The notes below the pieces were generated by a model that saw only the letters and a list, made by a program, of their open reading frames with translations, ran no database searches and was not told the DNA's origin. From Phoronis australis (taxonomy: Eukaryota; Animalia; Phoronida), in contig NMRA01000008.1 in the NCBI GenBank assembly GCA_002633005.1, positions 832,341 through 896,340 on the forward strand: a DNA stretch of 64,000 nucleotides, given 5' to 3'. Made by a program: the position numbers and the translations under genes. Positions 54,201 to 64,000 of this stretch are shown here, one piece after another. Numbering within the stretch: the first letter of the stretch is position 1; every line of letters begins with the position of its first letter.

Positions 54201-57200
54201 TATTCATTGAACTCATTCCTCTTTTTTTGATTTCGCCAAGTGTCACTGCTGTTAGAGCGTTACCATTATTTATTTCAATATTTTTGAAATTATTTGAATT
54301 GTCATTGTCACTATTATTATAGCTATTGCAGAAATTCTTGAACTGCGGGCCTTTTTATGTTTGGTCAGCCATGCCTCCTGTGGCAACATCACGTGACCAG
54401 ATGAACATAAGTTTGCATGAAAACATCTCTGCGCCACCCGGGACTCGAACCTGGGACCTTCTTCTAACCACCGCGCATATGCTCTAGTCCACTGAGACAT
54501 CAGGACCACCGGTCAAACCAGAAATCCAATCACCTGGTGTGCTGACCAGACTTAAAAATGGTAGCGCTTGGACTAGAGCGTCTGCACAGTTAGCAGAAGG
54601 TCCCGGGTTCGAGTCCCGGTTGGGGCAGAGATCTTTTCAGACTTATGTTCAATAGGTCATGTGATGTGGCCACAGGTGGCATGCTGACCAAACTTAAAAA
54701 TGTTTGCAGTTTATTGTAACTTGTTTATATTTTTCCTGTCCGTAGTGTTCCAATGGAGTAGGCGTATGTCCTGACAATCAACAAGGCGGTCAAGAGAGCA
54801 TGACCTTGGTCAGCAGCCGACAGGTGGATGGTGTAACAGTGATCAAGTACCGCCGCAAACTGAACACCAGTGATCCCAAGGATCTGGTCTACAGAACTGA
54901 TAAGGAACAATACCTGGTCTGGGCAATTGGACCCATCAATCCAGATGGTCTGGCACAGAAGCATAGTTTACGCACTACAGGTAAACTACAAGGCTAAAGA
55001 GTGTAGCTGCATGGCTCTGGTCACCACCCTTACTCAATTTGAGACCTCGACTGACTGAATCAGATTAACAAATGCCAGCTCACATAACTGAGCCCCGATT
55101 TTTCATTAAGAGAAAAGTAAAAAAAACAAAACAAATCCAGTATCATTTTTTGCTCATCTCACTGATTTTGATTTTTAAAAAAGTGAGCAACTGAAAAAAA
55201 TACTGTCCGCCACCCAATGAGATTTTCAATAAAATACAGACCAGAACCAACCTAAAGTTAAGCTTTTTTGGCTTCAAGTATGCGACGTTCACTAATTAGT
55301 TCAATGTCAGTGGTGCTTGTTACTTAATGAGGCTGTGTCCTGCTGTCTGTTAACGCCCAATGCAATACCACCCGTTGGAAAGCCATTAGTTCATGTCTTT
55401 GAGATTGAGCTCTTTGTTAATTTCTAATGTGACGAGATAGTGATCCTTATCGCAAAGCACTGCACTTTACAAGATTGACAAAAGCGGCTGTTAATTATCA
55501 CAACTCATGCGTTCTACTGGTGCGCCTTTGCCCCTTGGTTTGTCGATCTGTCACTGGTGGTGTGCTTTTTGTGCTATTTTGCCTCATGCATGTGTCAAGT
55601 CTATTTTCAAATTGATATTTGAATAGGACACCCCCAAACATGTACTTTTCTTTTAGAACCGCCTTCTTTTTTTTGAGGGCTGATAAAAAGAGATATCACC
55701 GTCTACAGTCATTACGCAGTAGGCTGCTGACTTTTTCTGTGTGCATTATAGTAGAATTCCGATCAGGTTACTGCATGATCTAAAGAATATTGAAAGCATG
55801 TGAAATCTGAATAAGGGAACACCTAATGAAGACGATGATGCATGTGGGTTTAAGCCGGATGTTCCAAAAGTGTTTATTTTTTTGATCATAATGATCTTCG
55901 GAGTGTGATTATGCCAAAGATTTGCACAGCGGGTTGCATATAGTGCTTTTTGCCGCTTTCTGAGTAAACCTCAGCAGTTGTTCCAATAAATTCCATAATG
56001 AACATTTAATGAGGGTCGTGTGATTGATCATCTCATATATTCTTGTACAAGTTCTTACAGTAACATTTTTGCATTAATTTTGTTAATTTTATAGATGCCA
56101 TTCCGAATCAGTGTTTCACTGCCTTGGTCTACAATAGCTGTATTAACTTAGCTATATTTTGCAAAATTTAAAGGCGATTTAAAGTGGAATTTTGGACGAA
56201 CTGCAGCCAAGAATTGCAGAGATTTTGTTCCCAAGACGCCACCAGATGTCACCCCGTGGAAAGAACAGTCCATCGATGGCTCAGACACTAACAATGAGTT
56301 CACTGTGGAAATCGGCCAATCTGGTGGTAAACGAGGTTATGAAGCCATCACAGGTCAGTGAACCTGTTTACCGAATTTAAACATTTATAGTGTACAGTGC
56401 TCAGTAAATAAATACACATGGACGATTTTGCACGTGCCGCACCCTCTCAAACATCAGGTTAGACCAGTTGCACTCAGCATGTCACCTGTTTAATTATGCT
56501 TTTATGCAGTCTACGGTAGTCTTTAATCATGATCCAAATACAGTCTTCTGGTACCTTTCTGAAACATTCATTGAATATCACTTGCGGAAATTTCCAAGTT
56601 ACCATAAATTTTGCATTTTTATGCTGTTTTCATTTTCATATATAGTTTGATATTTAGGTAAGTGACGCAAGTTAGTCGTTTTGAATGTATTTTAAAATTT
56701 ATACTTTTTTCATTTTCATATTTTGTTTGACATTTAGGCATAGTGATGCAAGTTAGTCAGTTTGAATGTCACTTTGGAGATTTAGTCTTGTGTATTGTTT
56801 CAGGAAGAGCCTCTTGGGGTATTGCATTTTATATCAACCAGAAGTTGATCCCGGTTCTGCATCTCAAGAGGGGTAACACGTACAAGTTCAAAATTAGCTC
56901 TGGGAATAACACAGCAAACTTAGCCGAGTACCATCCATTTTACATCACTGACGACGCATCAGGTGGCTACGCACAGTGTAAATCCACCCAGTCATGTGAT
57001 GTCAAGATTTTCGCTGGTATTGGATCTGATGGAAGACCATCCTCAAATGCTGGTGAGAGCTGTGAGCAAGTCGCACAATGCAAACACTGAACTGCTGTAT
57101 TTACTTGTGTGGCACCTTTTCCTGGCTCTAGTCAAAGGGAAATTGTAACAGATAAGTCTGATGTTTACAGAAATCAGTCATAAGACTAACTGCCCATCCC

Positions 57201-58398
57201 AGATTTCTTAAACTTGTTCATAAGCCAGTATGCATCCTCACAGGTTTAATGTCCACACCTGCACTCTGTGACTCTTGAATTTATCAATTTAAATGCCTGT
57301 AATCAACCAGGATGAGTTTGATTATTTGCCTTTACATTCAACTTAGTCGTGGTTAAGAGCAAAAATTTTATCTGATCTAGGGCTCACTAAGGCTTGACTA
57401 TACAGGAAAATACAATTAGCTTTGTTGAGTGCAATTGAATAAACTAACCGCCTTTTATGAACGACTGCTCAATTCTGCCTTTTCAGTCGGCCCTTTGTGC
57501 GAATGGGAGCATGCGTCTGGCACTGACCAGTCATCCACCAAGAACACATTTGAGGAATTCTTCAAGACGTTGACGAAAAAGTGTAAGCCTGGGACCCCTG
57601 GTGTTCTCACGTGGTCGCCGGACAAGGACACACCTGATACTGTCTATTACCAGGTGAGTCATCTTTGAGGATCTGATGCAACGTAATCATACACAGTGTC
57701 CCTTGATGAACTGAGCACTTGAAGGTGCTGTTTCCAGGTGTTTAGTCCATCATCTGTTAAAAGTACCTCTTGGTTTTGGCCACTTTTTGTATACGGTTCA
57801 TACAACCATGCAGTTTTGAAAAGATCTTGAATTTTGAGCCTTGGCCTTGAAATACTTAAATTTCAGCTTTTAGATTTTGAAACATTTGAAAGACCTTAAT
57901 TATAGGTAGGTGGATGCTAATTTAAAATATCTATCATTGCTGAAAAACATTTGACAGTTTGGTATGAATTAAACATAAAATCAGTCTACTAGCGTTCAGC
58001 TGTCAGAATTACACTCTTGCTGCATTACATGTACGTTTGTTTAGTTTTATGGATAATTGGCTAAATGGACAGTCTTGTGGATGAGGTCCTACATAACCTT
58101 AAAATCCACCCTCTGAGTTTGCCAATTTAAGGGCACATGGGGTTAAGTTGGAGGAGCACAGCAGTCACATGAGCTGAGGGCCCTCTGAGTGTTCAGTCGC
58201 ACTTTATTCCGCTTCAACGTGTCTTTCACAATCTACCAGTTGTAGTTGATTTATTCATAATTTCAATTTCTCTTGCAGTGCTACCAGCACAGGTACCTTG
58301 GCTGGAAGATTCGTGTGAGTGGCGCTGGGAGCTTGTCTAGTCAAATTCTGTTGTTCAGTGTCTCCTATGTGTTGACTTTGCTTATCAATCTGTCCTAG
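36182..58398 (+). CDS. Knickkopf/Skeletor-family protein (signal peptide, 2x DM13, DOMON, C-terminal conserved domain, GPI-like tail); 14 coding exons, 664 aa
   Basis: join(36182-36242,41190-41330,44260-44344,45585-45693,46947-47112,49268-49337,50831-51008,53268-53361,53904-54043,54746-54980,56174-56353,56804-57052,57487-57653,58279-58398) = 1995 nt, all GT-AG and phase-consistent; motifs FNYDGTAPDAFFW, WISIWC, YMSFGVSG, GGKRGYEAITG, WGIAFYIN, YHPFYIT, WSPDKDTPDTVYYQCYQHRYLGWKI. Orthology to knk versus Skeletor not resolved. Confidence 0.92.
38008..38047. mobile_element. Helitron-type 3' terminal hairpin plus CTAG (symmetric)
   Basis: ACTAGCCGTTACCCGTGCTTTTGCACGGGTAGCAGCTAGT. Confidence 0.5.
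38740..39390 (+). mobile_element. Decayed L2/CR1-group LINE ORF2 C-terminal fragment
   Basis: RHQFLSACCMYKCF...NPYNTSS..NFNLPKPRNETGKYHFLTAGP..SSFITFKRIIRNLF matches the typical YNTR..LP..R...GK..F...GP..WN..FK tail; frameshifted. Confidence 0.65.
39392..40491 (+). mobile_element. 5'-truncated Penelope-like element (GIY-YIG endonuclease end, Naiad-like) with inverted 5' partial pLTR
   Basis: 39580-40206 reads LVNNGY...VVYKFLCPMNEC..QCYIGKTV*SLSCRLSMHLQNGAIQDHF..H*..RLKVYESLL...PVLNEQ; 39392-39560 is the reverse complement of 40327-40491. Confidence 0.85.
40492..40750. repeat. (TATG)n/(TG)n microsatellite
   Basis: Directly visible. Confidence 0.95.
40977..41061 (+). mobile_element. L2/CR1-group LINE/SINE-type 3' tail stem-loop with (TAAA)n
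   Basis: TGAGGGCCCTAATGGAAAGCAG..CTGATGGGGCCACCCTCA then TAAATAAATAAA. Confidence 0.5.
41190..41330 (+). CDS. Knk/Skeletor-like exon 2 (DM13-1 start)
   Basis: YHGKLIGELSRKDHDVRGTIYAVDAKRVKFVKFNYDGTAP; AG/GT, phase 1-1. Confidence 0.93.
44260..44344 (+). CDS. Knk/Skeletor-like exon 3 (DM13-1)
   Basis: DAFFWFGMKGKSSNTVDGTGIKVPDENN; phase 1-2. Confidence 0.92.
45585..45693 (+). CDS. Knk/Skeletor-like exon 4 (DM13-1)
   Basis: DLKLRKYSDETFVLTLPDNYTLTDVLWISIWCRDFK; phase 2-0. Confidence 0.92.
46947..47112 (+). CDS. Knk/Skeletor-like exon 5 (DM13-1 end, DM13-2 start)
   Basis: VNFGSVDM..FSRLAHQVKSGIVTIQDSRTFFIRDLHYDGGGP; phase 0-1. Confidence 0.93.
49268..49337 (+). CDS. Knk/Skeletor-like exon 6 (DM13-2)
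   Basis: DAFFWVGTGSNTHKGNKIPDENG; phase 1-2. Confidence 0.92.
49803..50330. mobile_element. Kolobok/piggyBac-like non-autonomous element; related pieces at ~2700, ~12995, ~18580, ~23780, ~37600, 51184-51606, ~58070
   Basis: TIR GTTATGTAAGACCTT / AAGGTCTTACATAAC in TTAA-like context; shared internal TTTTTGAGA(C/T)TT..TCTTG(A/G)ACATT motif in several copies. Confidence 0.55.
50831..51008 (+). CDS. Knk/Skeletor-like exon 7 (DM13-2 end)
   Basis: TSKLLQYSGQDITVRLPPQYTVFDIDFLSMYCIQATQDFGNVKIPEKPNVPPYL; phase 2-0. Confidence 0.93.
52085..52358. repeat. AT-rich foldback element made of AAACTTAAGTTT palindromic subrepeats
   Basis: About ten AAACTTAAGTT motifs; TTTTGGAACAAGTTTTTTGGAACAAACTTAAGTTTTCA mirrored by TGAAAACTTAAGTTTGTTCCAAAAAACTTGTTCCAAAA. 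Confidence 0.75.
53067..53139 (-). mobile_element. Isolated 3'-end copy of the I/R1-group LINE at 30960-31412
   Basis: Reverse complement CAGGTG..GTGCAATGGGCCC..GAGGCCTGCGCACGTCTGAT..ATCAGACCGCCTGCA followed by T-rich tail. Confidence 0.7.
53268..53361 (+). CDS. Knk/Skeletor-like exon 8 (DOMON start)
   Basis: GLQNCESVHDTMQVAWQVLDDEIVIELSGQI; phase 0-1. Confidence 0.9.
53904..54043 (+). CDS. Knk/Skeletor-like exon 9 (DOMON)
   Basis: ESGQYMSFGVSGSDSRTSMDNADVTVAWY..AVDYFMTSRSQ; phase 1-0. Confidence 0.93.
54352..54702. mobile_element. Head-to-head pair of tRNA-derived repeats forming an inverted repeat
   Basis: Pol III B-box GGTTCGAGTCC on both strands (~54441-54451 minus, ~54607-54617 plus), A-box-like TCAGTGGACTAGAGC; ~135-bp arms. 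Confidence 0.75.
54746..54980 (+). CDS. Knk/Skeletor-like exon 10 (DOMON)
   Basis: CSNGVGVCPD..GVTVIKYRRKLNTSDPKD..YLVWAIGPINPDGLAQKHS; phase 0-1. Confidence 0.93.
56174..56353 (+). CDS. Knk/Skeletor-like exon 11
   Basis: GDLKWNFGRTAAKNC..PW..FTVEIGQSGGKRGYEAIT; weak AAG acceptor; phase 1-1. Confidence 0.85.
56804..57052 (+). CDS. Knk/Skeletor-like exon 12
   Basis: GRASWGIAFYINQKLIPVLHLKRGNTYKF..YHPFYITDDASGGY; phase 1-1. Confidence 0.93.
57487..57653 (+). CDS. Knk/Skeletor-like exon 13
   Basis: VGPLCEW..TFEEFFKTL..C..GVLTWSPDKDTPDTVYYQ; phase 1-0. Confidence 0.93.
58279..58398 (+). CDS. Knk/Skeletor-like last coding exon with GPI-signal-like tail
   Basis: CYQHRYLGWKIRVSGAGSLSSQILLFSVSYVLTLLINLS*. 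Confidence 0.9.
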   Translation, partial: CYQHRYLGWKIRVSGAGSLSSQILLFSVSYVLTLLINLS

Positions 58399-61300
58399 TG
58401 AATGGCTTAGGGAATTAATGCTTCTGGGGACGGGCATGACTTGATTGCTGGTACGGTACATGCCAATAGTAACATGACAAATGACCACGAATTCCTCCTC
58501 AATGCAGTTGAAACAAGTGGATTTCACCATCAGAATCAGAATTCCCCATCATTACTGGATATTATGGGTGATTACTCAGTATTTTGTGCGATAGTGCGTA
58601 CTGTATGTGGTGAGGGGGTGCTGGGTGAATCCTACACGAAGCCTGATATATTATGCAAAATGTGTTGGCCAAAATGATAATTAGCACCAACTGCCACTGC
58701 AGTAAAAAATCTCCAGTCTAGGACAAAAACGTGACACGTGACAGATAAGTGGAATTCCATGTTATCAAATTTCTCAATGTTAAAAATAACTTCTGTGGAA
58801 AGTTTCTGTGTTGTTAGTATAATTTGTGTGCAAGTAAATTTGCCATTTGAATGTTTGGTAGTGGGTACACCATAATTGCACAATTTTTATTATCATCATT
58901 TATATCTATGTATATTATTACTGTAACATTGCATTGTCACATTATATCTGATATGCTCATTCAAGAAAACCGAAATGGCAAAAATTAGAATTAGAGATTA
59001 CTGAGCTGTGCAATTTCAAAAATATATTTGGATTGTATATTTTGAGATACAGTTTTATGTGCTTGCAGGTAAATTTCATGTCATTTTACATTTTTTTCTG
59101 TCTAAATGTGAAGTGTTGAATTTTCAGCTTTTCTGTTGTCTTATTGACAAAATGCGCACACAGACTTGAGAGTAAATCTCTATCACATTCCTTTCGATAT
59201 GACATTTTTGGACACTCTAACCTTCTGTATGTTGCCATATTTTTGCTTAAGGTACTAAATAAATAAATATATATTTGCAAGTTTGATTATTTCTGACTCA
59301 TCACTAAAATGGGTTGTCAGTATTTTTAACCTCGTTAGGGGATTTGTCTGCAACAGTAGTTTTTAGACGTGTCTTACAACACTTCACTTCCATTCAGTTT
59401 AAAATTATACGCAATGGCAGCAGCTGTGCTACATAAATTTCAAAAAATAACATCTTTCATAAAATTTCATTATCTCATTAACAGTTTTAATATGCAGTTT
59501 TCAAAATATTTATTGTAACTAGCATATAATTATACCACTTGCAAGCGGTAACTGCCAGGAAATTAATATGCAAATACACAGGTCTGGCAGAATAGTGGCC
59601 CCCTGTGATTTTTAATAAAGGTTTGTAGTGCCCCAGCACTTACCGGCACATTTCAAACAACCTTAGTGCATGCCACCTGGGACGCATAAAGGAAGTTTAC
59701 AAACTATAATTATTCCCGGGGGAAGAGATTAATTTGATTTTACTTGATAAAATGCATTGCACCTCCATACGAATGCAAAAAATAGGGCCAGTCTGAATTG
59801 TGAAGTTTTGTGCAGAACACAAAGTCATATTGTTCTAAAATTTGACTAAACTATACAGGTACACTTCACTTTGAAAACCACTGCAGTCCAGCTTCGTAGC
59901 GGGTACATGTCCCACCATCCCCAAACCACAAGATGGAGATGCTTTCAATCCTGCCACTCTCTAACTTTGATGGGGTGTTCTGCAAAGAATTAGGATCCCA
60001 TTCTTCCCAGAGTGAGCATAACAACTACACATCCTTTCATAGAGGTTAGCTAATCCTGGGTAAAAACTCATAATTTGCCAATACCCCTACAAGAGGCTGG
60101 TTTATACAAAAACAGCTACGTAACTATTTAGTTCAGCAAGTAGGAAAAGTCGCAAAAATGTATTCTTTAGTAACATTCCTGACCCAAACTGAACCCATTC
60201 ATAATTAAAATTGGAAACCTGGCTGTGAAAACCCAACCACCCACACGAGTGGCACATCGTGTAGTCAAAGTGAACCCATCCATAATTAAAGTGGCTGCGA
60301 AAAACCCGACCACATTGTGACACATCGTGTAGCGATTGAAAAACCCAAACCACTCCTGGGTTTATTAATTTGTGGCACTCCATCAACTGGCCAGCACACA
60401 GCAGATTTAGACTTCAGTACGGACAAAAAAAAATCAGCAGATGTTCTATGACAAATGAATGACCAAAGCTCCATTTGCAGAGACAAAAAGGAGACTGGGT
60501 TCATGAAAATGGTAATTTATTATGACGTACAAAACAAATTCATATAAACTACCTGTAACATGCAACAATGCATAGACCTACTGAGCAAAGTTAAAAACAC
60601 TTGAAATTTTAAAACTTTTTACAAATTAATGCTAATATTTGTCAAATACCCTTCACAATCCACAAATAATTTAAAACTGTTACAAATAAACAGACATTTA
60701 TTACAACAAAATTGGTCCCTATTTTGCCATTCACATTTCGTTTTCATATCAGATCGATGACTTAATAACAAGGTTTAATGGAGTGGCATGTTTGGAATTA
60801 GCAAAAGAAAAATACAACTGTGGGATTCTGAAGTTAAGTTACTCGTAATTTCCAATTACTCGGGTGTCCAAACCACTTTAACACAATGTCTTTTTGGATT
60901 TCTTATTTTTAAAATTAATTTTGTACCTGTTCATCACATCTTGTATTTGACAGACAACATAATTTTACTGAATGGCTCTGACTGAAAGCAGCCTCTGAAT
61001 GCACTTTAGAAATATAATCAATAAATAAATAATAAATAAATAAAGTAAACTAAAGGCTACTGATCAGGCAATTCTGACTGACAATGTTTGACACTTTTAT
61101 AACGGCCAAAAAAAACTGAAGAGAGGTATGACTCAGTCATGTGACCTGAGAAATTCCCATAGAATGGAGTGAGTGGGATGATTTTGAGAGTTTCAGAAAA
61201 CGGTTTCACATGTTTTAGAACTGCATTTCCCAGTAAGCAACAAATGAATTTTAAGGATACATAGGACACTCTAAAATTGTTATTCGTTTGTGGATTGTCA

Positions 61301-63202
61301 TGAAATATTCTGGACACAAACGCACTAATTTGCTGTTAATGATATTCTAAAATTACGACATATCGTACATTGGGGCAAGTATTCACCAGGTAAACCATGG
61401 TATTCAAGGATTCAGATGAAACCTACAGTACCAATGGTCAATGAAAGGTTTTGACTCAAATTCATGCCACCGGTCCTTACTCATACTTAGTCATCTCATG
61501 GCTGACAGTTTGAACCTGTGAATCAGAACTGATGAATTTGAATTGGAGAATGTAAATTAAACCTATTTAGTAAACAATACAGAGGTCATTGCATCGTAAT
61601 TCAACAAGGAAGCAATTAACCAAAATTTCATAAATATACATATGCAAACTTGAAAAAATTGACTCATTCAAGATTATAGGTAAAACTGTCTTTCTGTTGT
61701 CTACGTTGTTAAACTGAACTTATCCCCCATGAAATTTAGCTTTAAATGACTGAAGAAGGGGAAAGCAACTTGGAAAATTTGGCAGTGACTGAATAACTCA
61801 CCAAAAGGTGCGTGGCAGTGAAAGATTTCGTGACGTGAGCCTGGACTCGTTCTTGGAAAACTCCATTCATCTGATATTACCCAAGTAATCTCTAACCCCA
61901 GAATTCATTTCAGATGAACAGAATAGGGCCTGAATTCAGTTACTTATTCTCAAGGAGTCAATAAATTCTATTTCCTTAATAAAAACCATGAGAAAATACA
62001 ATATTAAAAAGTAGCAAGAAACCTGCGTCAAATTGAGAAACATTTTGGTTTAAACTATCTTCCCCTCTTTAAAATTAGTGATTTTTGGTCTTGCGGCAAG
62101 GAAACAAGTTTGTTATTACTAGACAGCATACTCGGCAAATAAAATGATGCGCCGTGGCGAGTCAACTTGTACAGTGAAGTATTGCGTAACTACAAACTGT
62201 CATTTCTTTCCATGAGTGACTAAATCATTACACTTCTCTTTTGACTACCGAACAAGTTCAGACTTTCCTAACAGTTAGTAGTCTGAATCAAAAGTTCATT
62301 CGGAAAGCAACTGCACAGATGCGATCCGTACACAAGGAGTATTTTTAGACAAACTAGAAATGCAGGAAGAAGTAATCTTACAATCGATGTCGAATCGTTT
62401 TAACGAACTTGGCATAAGAGAGGCACAACTCCCGATGTAAACTATGAGCACCAAATGCACTGTTTTAAGAAGAGCAGTCAGAATATTCAAACCAAAGAAC
62501 AGTACACATTCTAAAATCTCAAAACAAGAATTGTTGCTTCGACAAGCAAAAGTAATTTATAAAAAAACATATTACATTTCAACAGTTTAACCATGAGTAG
62601 AAATCTGGCGACAACATGATACAGATAGGCGACAAAATGTGGAAATAAAGCCCACGAATACTGGCCATGAATACTGGTTGCAAACAAACACATGATTACA
62701 GCAAATCAATAACTTTCCAAGTTATAATGACAAGCAACACAATCATGATCACAGTAAACATTCTTCAACACGAGACAAAAATGATAGCTAAAACTGACAT
62801 TTTTTTTAACCATTATGTAAAGGCTGATCCAGAGTGCCAAATTTTTTAATTTTACCAACTGTTTGGAGGAATACATATTCACTTAAGCGTTGCAAGTAGT
62901 ATTCAACAGGGGGAGAAAATGTGAAATTTGGGTATCAGAGGCTGAAATGAGTGGTAAACAGGGGGTACTTAACAATGAGAGCAGAAATTAAAAAGATTGT
63001 CAAACGGGGGAGAGGATTTTTTTGTACTGACCACGGGAGTCTTAACCCTCCTCTTCCCCCCATGGCTACTGCAGCAACTCCAGTATGCAAACTAAATGCC
63101 AACATCAAGGTAAACTTCTCTTGAGAAATTCGACAAAACAAAATTCCTCTTGTTCCCCATATTGTGTCTCAGCTGAAAAATTATTATATTATAAATACCC
63201 TA

Positions 63203-63692
63203 TTACAGGCGGCGCCATAAATTTCTGGCATGCCGGCAGACATTCTTCCAACTTTGCTTTGAACTTACTGCCCATGTGTGTTCCTTTGACAACACCAGCT
63301 CGTCATTACTCTCCGCCAAGTTGGCAATGATGAGAGTTTCTCCAGACTTCAAAGCATCGCGGAACTGAGAGCAACCCTCAGCTGCCTTGATACTGAATTT
63401 CTTCTGTTTCTTGCAGCGTATCTTCGAACCAACTAATGTGACGTTGCGGATGGTGAGTTTCGCTTTCAACTTCCTCTTCACTGTTCTGACAGCCACAAAC
63501 GGACGCGTCAGAAGATCCGTGGCATTGGTCTTTTTGATTGGGCAATCGGGTTCTTCAGCCACCGAGCTTCTTGGGAACGGTAGCCATAAGCGGCACCCGT
63601 GAGTTCGGGGGTTGATGGCGTGCACACCACAGCCACAACTCATTGCCTCGCCTGTAGTGTCGTACTTGTCATGAAGCATATTAGTGCAACAG
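63203..63692 (-). CDS. Terminal coding exon of a probable extracellular Cys-rich protein (galaxin-like motif plus NTR/C345C-like domain)
   Basis: Acceptor ttttgtctctctatcaacag, phase 2, 490 nt open to TAA; CCTNMLHDKY..SCGCGVHAINPRTHGC then a basic domain with C..LKSGETLII..LVLSKEHTWAV; product assignment is tentative. Confidence 0.6.
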
Positions 63693-63777
63693 CTGTTGAT
63701 AGAGAGACAAAAATGTCATGTTAATTTAAACAATAATAAAAATATACACACAAGCATCATCATGGTAGTAGGCATAC

Positions 63778-64000
63778 GTGGAACACAGATACTGTAGTGG
63801 AACATACCACAGCCAGCAGATACTGTGGTGGAACACACCAGTCAGCAGATACTGTGATGGAACACATTACAGCCAGCAGGTACTGTGGTGGAACACACCA
63901 GTCAGCAGACACTGTGATGGAACACATTACAGCCAGCAGGTACTGTGGTGGAACACACCAGTCAGCAGATACTGTGATGGAACACATTACAGCCAGCAGG
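63778..64000. repeat. 60-bp minisatellite (29+31-bp dimeric unit), runs off the window
   Basis: (AGCCAGCAGGTACTGTGGTGGAACACACCAGTCAGCAGATACTGTGATGGAACACATTAC)n, at least 3 copies. Confidence 0.95.

Noticed and set aside
54560-54630. Functional tRNA gene
   Set aside because: Acceptor stem and D-arm do not pair properly and the sequence is embedded in a larger repeated unit
63778-64000. CRISPR-like array
   Set aside because: No unique spacers, eukaryotic context, no cas genes

Overview
Eukaryotic (animal, probably marine invertebrate) draft-scaffold DNA, AT-rich and repeat-dense, with an ~880-nt assembly gap (27847-28728). Most ORF-track entries are spurious; the real genes are spliced. (1) Minus strand: the 5' part of an ANKRD55-like ankyrin gene (first coding exon 25912-25951, a ~23.5 kb first intron, exon 2283-2399, continuing off the left edge). 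(2) Plus strand: a complete 14-coding-exon gene (36182-58398, 1995 nt, 664 aa) for a Knickkopf/Skeletor-family protein (signal peptide, 2x DM13, heme-type DOMON, conserved C-terminal domain, GPI-like tail). (3) Minus strand: the last coding exon (63203-63692) of a convergent gene with a Cys-rich galaxin-like motif and a basic NTR/C345C-like domain. Introns and intergenic DNA hold two near-identical TA-flanked non-autonomous transposons, a decayed Academ(X)-type transposase, a Penelope-like (GIY-YIG) fragment with inverted pLTRs carrying a variant hammerhead, L2/CR1 and I/R1-group LINE 3' ends, several foldback MITEs, a head-to-head pair of tRNA-derived repeats and a 1.7 kb diverged inverted repeat. 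No clearly new multi-gene system is demonstrable; the best leads are RNA-structure and repeat-architecture observations. Family assignments are from recalled motifs, not database searches.
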